Source of the DNA: Nitrosopumilales archaeon | Lineage (GTDB): Archaea > Thermoproteota > Nitrososphaeria > Nitrososphaerales > Nitrososphaeraceae | DNA length: 64,000 bases | Assembly (NCBI GenBank): GCA_044507735.1 | Contig: JBIQJB010000006.1 | Span: 1-64,000, forward strand | Reading direction: 5' to 3' | Part shown: positions 38,436-48,575 of the stretch, one piece after another | How positions within the stretch are numbered: position 1 is the stretch's first letter | Layout: the number at the start of each line of letters is the position of its first letter | The notes under the pieces: model-generated | Database searches by the model: none | Told to the model about the DNA's origin: nothing | The model's input: the letters and a program-made list of their open reading frames with translations, nothing else | Program-made: the position numbers and the translations under genes

Positions 38436-38984
38436 ATGGAAGTGCTAGTTGTAGACAACCTTTCTCCTTTTACACCGGACATTCTTACATGTTTGGGTAA
38501 ACTTGGAGTAAAGTACATGTACAGAAGGTTCTCGGAGCTGACAGACTCCGATGTCGCCGCTTGTGACAAGGTGATACTGTCAGGTAGGCGCAAGAACAAC
38601 AAGGAGATAAATGCAGTGAATTCCAAGATAGTAAGACAATGTCACGGAAGCGGCAAACCATTACTTGGTATCTGCTACGGAGCAGAGATTATCGCGCTGG
38701 CTCTTGGTGGAACTATCCGCAAGATGCCATCCCATGTCCAGGGAATGACTAGAGTATCGGTGTCCGGCCAGAGCCCGCTTACGATGGAAAAGGAGTCAAT
38801 TTTGGCATACGAGAGTCATGGCTACTGTGTAGCAAGACTACCTGTTGGCTTCAAATCGCTTGCAAGTTCACATTTTTGTCAGCATGAGATATTCTCAAGC
38901 GGGAATATTTATGGAACTCAGTTCCACCCAGAAAGGAGCGGAAAGGACGGACTCGAAGTTCTTCAGAATTTTGTAATGATTTGA
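38436..38984 (+). CDS. class I glutamine amidotransferase (GMP synthase A-like)
   Basis: ILSG, PLLGICYG nucleophile, ESH, QFHPE. Confidence 0.9.
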   Translation: MEVLVVDNLSPFTPDILTCLGKLGVKYMYRRFSELTDSDVAACDKVILSGRRKNNKEINAVNSKIVRQCHGSGKPLLGICYGAEIIALALGGTIRKMPSHVQGMTRVSVSGQSPLTMEKESILAYESHGYCVARLPVGFKSLASSHFCQHEIFSSGNIYGTQFHPERSGKDGLEVLQNFVMI

Positions 38985-39019
38985 GAAGAAGGATTTTATT
39001 GGCTGAGTAAGCAACAGGC

Positions 39020-39973
39020 ATGATAACTATAGCCTTGGAATCCCAGCCTGAACATTTTATCAGCCTGCCACTGGTGAGCAAGAACGAAGAGAGTGTCACA
39101 CTGCCACTGGTGATAAATGTTGTAGCAAAGTACTGGGGAGAGGACATCTCCCCGCAGGCCAGCACCATGGATTCAAAAGGGCCGTCAATCATAGACGGAC
39201 TTGCTCTTGTTGAAAGCACAGGATTTGCATCATACATCTACAAGAGCTCAATTAAGGATCTGAAAAAGAGAATCGATCAGGGAATACCACCCATCGTCAT
39301 AATGCCAGGGATTCAGGATATTGTTCAGCACGCGATGGTTGTTTCCGGATATAATGTCGACGAGCGGAGGATCCTCACCTATGTGCCTGAGCCGGACACT
39401 GTGGGGGCGGTGCCTGAGGCAAGATTTGAACAAGACTGGGAGCAGGACGACATGACAGCCATAGTGATTGTGCCGTCGGACATGAAGGACTTGGTTAAGA
39501 ACGACAACCTAATGTTCAAGGAATCGAATAGGTTGTGTTTTGAGGCAGAGGGTCTGCGTCAGCGCGGCAAACCGAATAGTGCCATCGAAAAAATTCAAAG
39601 AGCTACCGAGATTGACCCCGATAACGCGCAGGCATGGTGTCTCCTAGCAGGCATGTTCAACGAAACAAACTCGGATCAGGCGGTGCCATGCTACGAAAGG
39701 GCGATCAAGCTTAATCCAAAATACTATCTAGCCTACAGAGGTCTGGGCAACTATTACCTTAAGAAAGGAGATTATTCGCTTGCAGAAGCATATTACACCA
39801 AGGCCATAGGAATTAATCCTGCAAGGTTCGGCCCAATCTACAAAAACCGAGCAATCGCAAGGATGCAACTTGGAAACAACCCCGGAGCTAAAGAAGACCT
39901 TGCGAAATATCTAGAACAAATGCCAGCAGCCGAGGATAGAAAGAACATAGAAGAGGCCATCACACAGCTCTAA
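39020..39973 (+). CDS. C39 peptidase-like domain + TPR protein
   Basis: IDQGIPPIV...HAMVVSGY...FEQDW C39-like core; C-terminal TPR repeats. Confidence 0.82.
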   Translation: MITIALESQPEHFISLPLVSKNEESVTLPLVINVVAKYWGEDISPQASTMDSKGPSIIDGLALVESTGFASYIYKSSIKDLKKRIDQGIPPIVIMPGIQDIVQHAMVVSGYNVDERRILTYVPEPDTVGAVPEARFEQDWEQDDMTAIVIVPSDMKDLVKNDNLMFKESNRLCFEAEGLRQRGKPNSAIEKIQRATEIDPDNAQAWCLLAGMFNETNSDQAVPCYERAIKLNPKYYLAYRGLGNYYLKKGDYSLAEAYYTKAIGINPARFGPIYKNRAIARMQLGNNPGAKEDLAKYLEQMPAAEDRKNIEEAITQL

Positions 39974-40298
39974 CTTCAGAGTATGTTTCTATTCTGAGAG
40001 GGGCATCAAGCATCTCTTTGATCTTCGGCAGAGCCGACTGCATGTGTGGCATTTTCAGATGATCTTCCAACGACTTAATATCTACCCAGATTTCATCGAT
40101 CATCAATTCGTCCGGAGCGTTTGTTGATCTGTGCATCACATATGCTATGTTACCGGGCTCTTGCCGCGTTGCTCGAATCACTGTCTTCAATAGATCCTCT
40201 AGATCACGGCGCATTCCCGGCTTTGCCTTGAAAAAAGCGAGCACCCGTACTGCCTCGGCAGTTCTGTTTTGGAATTTCTCGATGTCAGTAGTTTCCAT
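39960..40298 (-). CDS. ABM family putative quinol monooxygenase
   Basis: AKPG...TRQEPGNIAY...EIW...HLKMPH. Confidence 0.88.
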   Translation of the reverse strand: METTDIEKFQNRTAEAVRVLAFFKAKPGMRRDLEDLLKTVIRATRQEPGNIAYVMHRSTNAPDELMIDEIWVDIKSLEDHLKMPHMQSALPKIKEMLDAPLRIETYSEVRAV

Positions 40299-40326
40299 TC
40301 TATGACGGATAGAGATTTCTCTATTT

Positions 40327-41454
40327 TTATAGTTGCTGACTAGTGAGCGTTTCGACCACCTGCTTGAACTCCTCAATTGATAGAGGCGGAACACTAGCCA
40401 GCTGTAGATTCTGTTCAACGTGTTCTGTCTTTTTCTGACCTATCAAGGGTGCAACTACGGACGGACTTGACCTAATGACTTGCACGAGCTTGGCAACCGG
40501 ATCTCTCAATCCGCCATAGTCAGGTATCTGCGCACCCAGAAGTTTGCCTTGAAAGAGCGGAATGCTGGTAAACACGCCCACTTTCAATTTCGCAGCCGCT
40601 TCAAGGATTGTCAACTTTTCTTCAGAACCTACTGACTGGTTGTGGAGCAAAAGAGCTTCGCTATATGCGAGGTTGTAGGGAAGCTGGATGAATCGAAATC
40701 CATGATCTTTGCCTCCAACGTTTTCTGCGACCCTGACTGCTTGCTCTAACGAGAGGTATTCTCGATTGTCTGGTGGCACCCTAAAGCATGTCCAAGTGGC
40801 CATTCCATAATATCGGATCTTGTCTTGCTTTCGATATTTCTCATAGACTTCAAAGGCCTTGGCAAGCATCTCCATGAACTGCTGCCTACTCACATCCTGA
40901 TTCCAGCTTTCAAACGCGTTATGGATGTAGACTAGATCAATTGTCGAAAGATGCATGTTCATCAGTGACTTTTCTATGCACTTCGCAAGGTAGTTCGGGT
41001 TCATGACGTTGTATCCGGAGCTGATGTCATCTGCTGTCATTATTTCTGTCTGGATGTACATACGGTGGATGTATTCCATTACGTCAACGTTTGGATAGTC
41101 ACCGTCGTTTGTGATGTAGCCATTTTTTGTCGATATGAATACTTGATCGCGTGAAACCACACCGTCATTCACCAATCGCAGAAGAGCTCGGCCAATGCTC
41201 TTTTCAGACTTCATTGCGCGGTAGTTAATCGCCGTATCAATCACATTGATTGCACCTGACTTGATAGATTGGTACACTGCATTTTCGACTGCCAAGTCGT
41301 CTTCCTGTGTAGGTTGGCCAAGGTAAGTCCCCATCCCTATGCTCGACAAGTAGAGATCGTCGAAAAGTTTGAAGTGGGATTGAGGTCTACCAAGAGATGC
41401 AGCATACTGCATGAATTTCTTGGTGCCTTCAGGCGTAGCATGTCCGGAAATCAT
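40327..41454 (-). CDS. aldo/keto reductase
   Basis: SSIGMGTY, IDTAINY, STKNG, IDLVYIHN, IQLPYN; start at MISGHAT. Confidence 0.92.
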   Translation of the reverse strand: MISGHATPEGTKKFMQYAASLGRPQSHFKLFDDLYLSSIGMGTYLGQPTQEDDLAVENAVYQSIKSGAINVIDTAINYRAMKSEKSIGRALLRLVNDGVVSRDQVFISTKNGYITNDGDYPNVDVMEYIHRMYIQTEIMTADDISSGYNVMNPNYLAKCIEKSLMNMHLSTIDLVYIHNAFESWNQDVSRQQFMEMLAKAFEVYEKYRKQDKIRYYGMATWTCFRVPPDNREYLSLEQAVRVAENVGGKDHGFRFIQLPYNLAYSEALLLHNQSVGSEEKLTILEAAAKLKVGVFTSIPLFQGKLLGAQIPDYGGLRDPVAKLVQVIRSSPSVVAPLIGQKKTEHVEQNLQLASVPPLSIEEFKQVVETLTSQQL

Positions 41455-41580
41455 TTCGTATGATGAAGAAAAGGACGACAATAACAAATGTATCAAAGGT
41501 GGAAAATAATAACGAATCGAATCCAAGCACTCCCTTCAGGGGAGCAAGCCTTATCTTGTGTGGAGTCGAAATAGCGATAG

Positions 41581-42348
41581 ATGGCAGTGCTCGATCCCAA
41601 CGTGCTCAATCCATTCGTACTAGTGAACCCAGCGCTTGCTCCAGCACTTGCAGCCGCGATCACTGCTATTTCGGTATCATTGTCATTAATGATTTCACGC
41701 TATTTCTTCAAATCTTACAAATTTTCTGGTTTTGGCTACCTCCTAGGTCTGCCGGCAGGATTTGCCTTCCTAGCCGCGTCGTTCGTATTTGAAGCGTGCG
41801 GCCTGGCGTTCAAGGCAGATCCACTCCTGTACCCGGCATTCTTTTGGATCCAGATAGCCTTGCAATCAGAAGCATTCGCGCTCATTGCGCTTTCATATTA
41901 CTACAAGAATTCGGATGCAAGCGGATCCGGCAAGAAGGTTCAGCCGAGGGATGTGTTTTTCACCATGCTGCCACTTGCGATGGTCGCGATCCCATTTATA
42001 GTGCCAACACTCTCGCTAGCAACATCTCCATACTTTTACTATGCAGGACTTGCTGATCTCAGCTTCTATATGAGAATATTCAACATGGCAGTAATCGCAT
42101 ACATATTCAAATCCTCCATAGCCTCGCTTGTACGGGCTGCAAACATCAAGATGCTATACGTGCCAGCAGCATTTGCGCTCTTGTTGCTCGAACAATATTC
42201 ACTGATCCTTGCGTACTTTGACAACAGTGTCGTAGCATTCATCGGATCGGCTGCTGCAAGGATGGCGGGACTTGCGCTCTTTGCCTACATCATGCACAGC
42301 GTGACTTCAAGGAGGAAGGTAGAAATTGAGGCAAGAAAAGCGACATAA
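41581..42348 (+). CDS. multi-pass (~7 TM) membrane protein
   Basis: Seven hydrophobic segments; overlaps the downstream wHTH gene. Confidence 0.8.
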   Translation: MAVLDPNVLNPFVLVNPALAPALAAAITAISVSLSLMISRYFFKSYKFSGFGYLLGLPAGFAFLAASFVFEACGLAFKADPLLYPAFFWIQIALQSEAFALIALSYYYKNSDASGSGKKVQPRDVFFTMLPLAMVAIPFIVPTLSLATSPYFYYAGLADLSFYMRIFNMAVIAYIFKSSIASLVRAANIKMLYVPAAFALLLLEQYSLILAYFDNSVVAFIGSAAARMAGLALFAYIMHSVTSRRKVEIEARKAT

Positions 42349-42598
42349 GCTGCAGCTCTTCTACGACATCCTCTGCGCGATCGAAGAAGATATCGCGCAC
42401 AATGAAGTAGCAAGGCCCACACACGTTCAACATTCTACTAGGCTATCTTATGACAAAATGATGAACCACTTTGATGAGCTGGAAGAAAAGGGAATGATCT
42501 ACAGGGTCAGTGGATTAATCGCCATCACTGCCAAAGGGCGAAAGTTCATTGAACATTATGATCAACTGATCAGCCTAATTGAAAGCGCGGGTCTCTAG
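42326..42598 (+). CDS. winged helix-turn-helix protein (HTH_45-like)
   Basis: KRHKLQLFYDIL...PTHV...LSY...LEEKGMI...ITAKGRKF. Confidence 0.85.
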   Translation: MRQEKRHKLQLFYDILCAIEEDIAHNEVARPTHVQHSTRLSYDKMMNHFDELEEKGMIYRVSGLIAITAKGRKFIEHYDQLISLIESAGL

Positions 42599-44262
42599 TA
42601 AGTTTCCTCTTCTATCAGTGGCAGCGTGAACGAAAAAATGGCGCCACCACCACCATCAGAGTTATTTTCGCCCCAAATCGCACCACCATGCGCCTCGATT
42701 ATGTTCTTTGAAATAAAGAGCCCAAGGCCCGTCCCATGGTCCGACTTGCTCGCAAACTTTGAGAAAAGCCGAGGCATTATTTCAGGATCGATGCCCATTC
42801 CGGTATCCCTCACTGTTACCAGGGCATGCGGTCTACTATTACCGCCAAGCTCATACTTCATCCTTTCTGCCCTTATCACTATTTTGCCCTTGCTTGTGAA
42901 TTTGGCTGCATTACTGAGAAGATTGGCGACTACTTCGTATATCCGTGATTTGTCTGCTGCTACCAACAATGGTTCTGGTGCTGTTTCGACTATCAACTGC
43001 ACTCCTGCAGGGATACTGTCCTTTACGTCTCTAGCCACATTTTGGATCTTTACTTTAAGGTCAAACATTTCCAAATTCAGCTTTATAGAACCACATTCTA
43101 TCCTTGTCACCTCCAGAATGTCCGAAGTCAGGCGCTCAAGGCGTCGGGCGTTGCGTACTATGAGCGCCATGTCCTCCTTTGTGACCAAAACGGCGTCGCC
43201 GCCATTAAACTGTGCTTCAATCAATTCTGCCATGCCAAGAATAGGCTGCACAGGTGTTCTGATTTCATGTGCTGCAATGTTTACAAACTCGCTCTGCATT
43301 CGATTGTGCATCTTGATGTTTTCATAGAGTTCTGTCTGCTTCCACAGTATCTCGTAGATCTGATATAGCGAAAGGACAAGCGATTTGCTAGTAGAGTATG
43401 TCGCTTTGCCCATCGCAGAATATGGATCTTCTTTGGCGTCATCCTTTGTTTCCCATACGATCAGTTCCTTTCGGTCAACAATGAGGAGAGACATGCCAGT
43501 CTGGAGGCTCTTGTCAAGATAACTGAACTCAATGGTCGGAGCTTGAGAGCGGATGTCGTTGACAGCTTGCTGGACTTCCGCGTCGTCGGGCACCAGTATT
43601 CTGAGTGTCACCCTATTTGCAACTATCTCCCGGTAAATGTCAATTCTACCCATATTGATCGCTCGCCAAAAGGCGTTGGGAGTCGATAGGATTACAAGCA
43701 CCTCTTCATTGGCCTTCTGCATGAGCTCTGCCCCTAGCGCAAGGGAGCTCTCAGGGTTTTCAATGATCTTGGTAGTAGGTCTTCCCCGACCTTCCTCTAT
43801 TTCAGCGATCCTCGCCATCGCAGGCACAGCCCTGTTCCAAAATGATTCAAAAACATACTCCTGCTGCTCTACCATCTCTTGTACGTTACTGTAAATGAGC
43901 TTGGAGATTGGGTTTGAGAGGCTGAGGGCACCTGTCGCAATATATTCAAACTCGCTCACCCCAAAATTTGCGTTGATCCCATCTAGATGGCAGAGCTCGC
44001 ATAATTCAGCCAAAGCCCTGCTATGAACAAGGTTTTCCGGAGTCACTTCCGTGATAATCCTAATCCGGACGCCTCTTTTCCGTGCGTCAATCAGCCCGTT
44101 TGTATAAACTTCATCCCTCATGATAACAGTAGGAAGGTTCGAATTGGCAAGAATGTCAATTCGCATTCTAGCAGAGTATAGAAAATCCACCACAAGGTTT
44201 GCGGACTTTTTAATGCCCCTTACGATTTCCGCGTCCTTACCGATCGAAGGAGTGTTGTACAA
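42595..44262 (-). CDS. cytoplasmic sensor histidine kinase
   Basis: AAHEIRTP H-box, NLLSNAAKF N-box, DTGMG, GTGLGL; two N-terminal PLD/TrmB-like repeats (RIRIIT...FESFW; LRILV...YEILW); no TM. Confidence 0.93.
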   Translation of the reverse strand: MYNTPSIGKDAEIVRGIKKSANLVVDFLYSARMRIDILANSNLPTVIMRDEVYTNGLIDARKRGVRIRIITEVTPENLVHSRALAELCELCHLDGINANFGVSEFEYIATGALSLSNPISKLIYSNVQEMVEQQEYVFESFWNRAVPAMARIAEIEEGRGRPTTKIIENPESSLALGAELMQKANEEVLVILSTPNAFWRAINMGRIDIYREIVANRVTLRILVPDDAEVQQAVNDIRSQAPTIEFSYLDKSLQTGMSLLIVDRKELIVWETKDDAKEDPYSAMGKATYSTSKSLVLSLYQIYEILWKQTELYENIKMHNRMQSEFVNIAAHEIRTPVQPILGMAELIEAQFNGGDAVLVTKEDMALIVRNARRLERLTSDILEVTRIECGSIKLNLEMFDLKVKIQNVARDVKDSIPAGVQLIVETAPEPLLVAADKSRIYEVVANLLSNAAKFTSKGKIVIRAERMKYELGGNSRPHALVTVRDTGMGIDPEIMPRLFSKFASKSDHGTGLGLFISKNIIEAHGGAIWGENNSDGGGGAIFSFTLPLIEEETY

Positions 44263-44331
44263 CAGTAGCAGACAGGGATGACGTCGTATTAAATACGACA
44301 GTAAAATAATACTAGAACATTGTATTACTTC

Positions 44332-45216
44332 TCAAAAAAGGAGTCCCACCGCTAGCAGGAACCCGGTAATACGCGAGTAAGTCACAGTGGAAGACATTGC
44401 AGGGACCATTTTGTCAGTGTTTTCATGATCCTTTCTCAATAATACTATCGATCTGATTGCAAAAGGGAGGGATGCAAGACTTATCAGTGAATAAAACTTG
44501 GTAAAACCAAAGAGAATTCCCACCACAATCATGGCGTAGACAGCTACAATGAAAAGAGGATATACTGCAGCAGCTGTCCTTTTACCAAGCAGTATTACGA
44601 GAGTCCGCCTCCCTTTTGACCTGTCTGCATCAAAATCAGGAAAGGAGTTGATAAACAGGACAGTTGCGGACAAGATGCCTACAATAGCTCCCACATAGAC
44701 GGCTGCGGGCTCTAGCGAGGGAGTCTGGACATAGAAGGTACCCAGAACGATCATTGCTCCCTTGATAGCGACAAATAGTTCACCTAGACCGGCGTTCACA
44801 ATGCTGGTAGAGTAAAAGTATATTGCGACAACTGCAAAGCCAAGGATCACGGCTATTGTTATGCCCCTTACTGCTACAAAGTAGGCGCCTATTGATGCCC
44901 CGAGAATAAGGAAGATCACGCCCGCAGCATACACTGCCTTTGGAGCAAGCAGGTTTTCAGGAAGCACGCCCGTCCCGCCACTGAACTTTGTACGCGTAGT
45001 TACGCTGTCGATGCCTCGCTTGTAATCCCAGTAGTCGTTTAGCAGATCAACACTTGCATGCAAGAAAATAACGCCAACGTATGTCAGGGCAGCGTAGAAT
45101 GGATCGATCGTCCCTGTTTTCCAGTATGTGATTGCGAGCCCGTTGCTGACTGCGATGATTGACGCAAGAAGGAATCTGATTCGGATCGCGCGCAGCCAGC
45201 TCGATAGCATCATCAA
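44332..45216 (-). CDS. menA: UbiA-family prenyltransferase, MenA-like
   Basis: NDYWDYKRGID and NSFPDFDADRSKGRRTL Asp-rich motifs, GLGE, many TM helices. Confidence 0.85.
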   Translation of the reverse strand: MMMLSSWLRAIRIRFLLASIIAVSNGLAITYWKTGTIDPFYAALTYVGVIFLHASVDLLNDYWDYKRGIDSVTTRTKFSGGTGVLPENLLAPKAVYAAGVIFLILGASIGAYFVAVRGITIAVILGFAVVAIYFYSTSIVNAGLGELFVAIKGAMIVLGTFYVQTPSLEPAAVYVGAIVGILSATVLFINSFPDFDADRSKGRRTLVILLGKRTAAAVYPLFIVAVYAMIVVGILFGFTKFYSLISLASLPFAIRSIVLLRKDHENTDKMVPAMSSTVTYSRITGFLLAVGLLF

Positions 45217-45264
45217 TCAACTATGCAACAATTGAACAGCTTACTATGTTTTTTGAAAAAAAAT

Positions 45265-45666
45265 CTATGGCTCGATAATTCCGGTACTTTCGAGAGGTTT
45301 TCTTCCCATAAAACCCTCGTCCTTCCCATGCCAGAACTTGATCTCATTTTCTCCCATCTTCCAGCAGAGCCATACCTCTTCATCGAATCTCTTTGAGGGA
45401 AAGTCAAGAAGACCCTGCTCTACGTCCTTTATGACGACCCCTGTGGCCTCGAGCTGCTCTATGGCCTTGTAATAATTTGAGACAGCAGCGTTGAGATCCT
45501 GCTTCTTCTTGATAAACTGTTCGAACTGGCCGCCAGACTGTATGATCATTTCGACCTGTTCTTGCAATGCTACTGCTTGCTTCTTATACATCAGGATGTT
45601 TGAAAACAGCCGCCTGATCTCCGGTAGAGCCTTGTTCGCAGTCTGCGGAGTATAGAGCGTAAACAT
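45265..45666 (-). CDS. DUF2203 domain protein
   Basis: GVVIKD...GLLDFP...LCWKMGE..I.FWH...GF.GRKP. Confidence 0.9.
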   Translation of the reverse strand: MFTLYTPQTANKALPEIRRLFSNILMYKKQAVALQEQVEMIIQSGGQFEQFIKKKQDLNAAVSNYYKAIEQLEATGVVIKDVEQGLLDFPSKRFDEEVWLCWKMGENEIKFWHGKDEGFMGRKPLESTGIIEP

Positions 45667-45792
45667 CTGGTCGAACTGCGATTTTGAGATAATTTATGCC
45701 TTTAGCAATGGATCTCATTGTGCGTCCAGAACATCGAGAATGTCCCTGCAGAAGATCTTTTCAGAGATACAATTCAACAGGACACCGCAGTA

Positions 45793-48357
45793 CTAGAGAG
45801 AGCTTATTGTGTAAGAGTTGCTGAAGATCTCCGGGGCCTTGCCATTCTCGCCCTTGAATGCGGCAAGTATCTTCTCATTGTTCAGGTCGACTTGAAGGAT
45901 GAGCTTTGCAATGCCTTTCTTGGTGTAAATAAAATGCTCAAATTCCACAGGAGCCGGTGAGTCCTTAAGAGAATCTGGGATGTTGGGCTCAAGTTCTATC
46001 GTGTTGTTTATCATGTCCACTCTCATACCAAGCATCATTTCCCGAAATGCATATGCATACATGCCTACCGACCACGCTTGCAGTATACATGAATTGAACG
46101 GTTCAGGTCGGTCACCTCGGTAGGTTTCTGCAAACATGCCATTCTCATGTAGAATTCTTTCAGCCATCACTCCTAAATAGCGCAACGCCTGTTCACGTCT
46201 TCCAAACTTCGTTGCACTGGCAGCTGCCCACCCTGTGACAAGCGGCCAAACCGCACCGTCGTGGTACAGCGTCGGATGGTATTTTGGATCGTCACTGCTC
46301 AATGTCCTTACTCCCCAGGGAGTGGTCATGTCTGGCTCCCCTATCCTTGAGAGGACCGAGTCTGCTCTGTTTCGGTCTTTTGCTGCTCCCGACAATAGCA
46401 ACACTAGCGCGTTTGGCCGTATGCTCGGATCTTTGGAGCCATCCTTCCTTATCGTGTCATAGTAAAAGCCAGCGCTGGCGTTCCAATACTCCCGGTCTAT
46501 TGTTTCCCGCAGCTCGACTGCCCTGTCATTCCACCTTTTTTCATTTTGACTGTCTCCAATTATTGCGGCAAGCTCACTTCCAACTACAAGGCTTTCAAAA
46601 AAAAGTGCCTGTATATCGTTTGCACTCTTTCTTCTGTCAATATGGTCCATCCACGTCGAGTCCTGTATCGGGAGCTTTTCTGCTACGCCGCTGAAACCGT
46701 GTTCAATCAATCCGTCACCGTCAATGTCCCTGAGGAATCCATAGTCTATCAGATCCACTATGGATTTCCACCTCTTTTTCAAATATTGGACGTCTCCAGT
46801 GGCGACAACATATTCCTTTATTGCTGAGGGAAAAAGAAATGTCGAGTCTGCAGACCCATATGTAGTAGTGTGAAGGAAAGCTCGCCCGCTAATTATCATT
46901 GGAAGCTCGCCTTTGGTTGCAATCTTGTTTGTGATTCTTGCCTGATGACGGAGGAAATTGTCTATTGTTGTTGCCGCAAAGCAGTAGTCACCCATAGAAA
47001 GATAACCTCTAAGTGCCCACCCTGTATCTCTTGCCCAATAGTTTGGAAAGCGCGGTAAACCCGCGCATATGCCTTCACCCAAACCGTCATACTCCGCCTT
47101 CAAATATCGAAGGCAGGTTTTTGCCTTATTAAAGGCCGCAATTAGTCTCCCCACCTCAATTCTTTGCTTCGACTGAGGTGCACTGGCCGTCAAAGTTGAA
47201 GAAGCATAGTTGGCAAAGCCACTCTCGGTTTCTGACACCAAACGGACGTAGTTGTCTCGCATATGGCGAAACTCCTCAACGCATTTGTCAAGGCCATTAA
47301 AACTGCCCGTGCCCACAAGTGCAAGTTCTACCGACTTGCCGGGCTCGACTTCAAGGTCATATGATAGCTCTAGGTCGTTATCGTAAGAATCGATCGTCAT
47401 TCTACTAGTCTTCAGTGCTTTTGGTGCAACGCCTATCACTCCAGAATATAGTACCCCGGCATCCTTCGTCGCTGTCTGCAGCTGCAGGCAGTTATCCCTT
47501 ACGTTGAATTTTGACACAATATTTTGTGATACAGCGGCTAGGCCGTAGCTGGTGATATTGCCGTCAATCAGAAAATGTATACGAATCTTCCTCCTCTTCT
47601 TCGTCTTTCTGCCAAACACAGTCCTGAAGCCGTCTGATGGCCGCAACTGGAGCACCATAATAAACCCCCTGCTTTCAAATGGGACCAGTAGTTTCCTTCT
47701 TACTTCCAGCCCAGCCACTTCGTGGCGCGTGTAGAGAACGCCGTTTTCATGCCGAGATTCAACTACAAAGTGTGGAAGCCTTTTTCGCACACCATCGTCG
47801 ACTGATATTTCGACAACTATTCTGCCGAAGACCCTAACTGGCGGTACATACAACCCCCCATTGTCGTACCTCACCCCCATCCAGGTCCAGTTGGCAGAGA
47901 GCGCCCCGTTTGAGGAGCAGACAACATAAGCCTTTTTGCCAGATAATGTCAAGGGCGTGGTAAAGTTCTTGAATACCATGCCACCATCCTGATCGAGCGC
48001 AAAAGAGTCAGAGCTTTGAGCGCTTTCTGGAACGAATATTTTCCCACTCCTAAATCCAGGATAATCCCGGAATGTAAATGGAATCATTATCTGCTCAAAG
48101 CCCTCCATCTTGCTCATAATCGCAATCTTGTGTTTCTTTTTCTCATCGAGCCCTCCTTCTTTTATCACAAGGAATCTAGCGCTTTCAAAAGGCTTGAAGG
48201 AAATGGGCCTAGATTCTGACAGAGCTGATGCATTTACAACATCATCATGGGTTGCAACGAAGATCGACTTTTTGGGAATAGGGATCTCATCGACATAAAC
48301 ATCAAGTGAAATGATGTTTCCTCCAAGTGGCACAGGAGGATTTAGTAGTGAGAACAT
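45793..48357 (-). CDS. amylo-alpha-1,6-glucosidase/GH63-like (alpha/alpha)6 glycoside hydrolase
   Basis: AGLPRF..YWARD, ADST.LF, TWMD, WGVRTL, YHDGAVWP, QAWS; frame is open about 49 codons upstream of this ATG. Confidence 0.88.
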   Translation of the reverse strand: MFSLLNPPVPLGGNIISLDVYVDEIPIPKKSIFVATHDDVVNASALSESRPISFKPFESARFLVIKEGGLDEKKKHKIAIMSKMEGFEQIMIPFTFRDYPGFRSGKIFVPESAQSSDSFALDQDGGMVFKNFTTPLTLSGKKAYVVCSSNGALSANWTWMGVRYDNGGLYVPPVRVFGRIVVEISVDDGVRKRLPHFVVESRHENGVLYTRHEVAGLEVRRKLLVPFESRGFIMVLQLRPSDGFRTVFGRKTKKRRKIRIHFLIDGNITSYGLAAVSQNIVSKFNVRDNCLQLQTATKDAGVLYSGVIGVAPKALKTSRMTIDSYDNDLELSYDLEVEPGKSVELALVGTGSFNGLDKCVEEFRHMRDNYVRLVSETESGFANYASSTLTASAPQSKQRIEVGRLIAAFNKAKTCLRYLKAEYDGLGEGICAGLPRFPNYWARDTGWALRGYLSMGDYCFAATTIDNFLRHQARITNKIATKGELPMIISGRAFLHTTTYGSADSTFLFPSAIKEYVVATGDVQYLKKRWKSIVDLIDYGFLRDIDGDGLIEHGFSGVAEKLPIQDSTWMDHIDRRKSANDIQALFFESLVVGSELAAIIGDSQNEKRWNDRAVELRETIDREYWNASAGFYYDTIRKDGSKDPSIRPNALVLLLSGAAKDRNRADSVLSRIGEPDMTTPWGVRTLSSDDPKYHPTLYHDGAVWPLVTGWAAASATKFGRREQALRYLGVMAERILHENGMFAETYRGDRPEPFNSCILQAWSVGMYAYAFREMMLGMRVDMINNTIELEPNIPDSLKDSPAPVEFEHFIYTKKGIAKLILQVDLNNEKILAAFKGENGKAPEIFSNSYTISSL

Positions 48358-48575
48358 GAATCCTTGATGTTTTTCTCCACCTAATACAATTATGACATTT
48401 TGCAGGCTCCCCTTGACATATGAGAGAGCAGTGTGTATGCTGTCAAGAGTACGGGCTATTTCTTGTGCACCTTTTAAATTTGACAGAATAATGACGACCC
48501 CATCTTAAAGATTTTTGTGGTATTACCTCCCATTCCGGACAAAACGATTTATACAATCACCATTTACCATATGCG

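Noticed and set aside
39065-39113. 13-bp direct repeat CTGCCACTGGTGA
   Set aside because: Simply encodes LPLV twice inside a CDS; no further copies
42626-43327. 233-aa plus-strand ORF
   Set aside because: Antisense shadow of the histidine kinase catalytic domain
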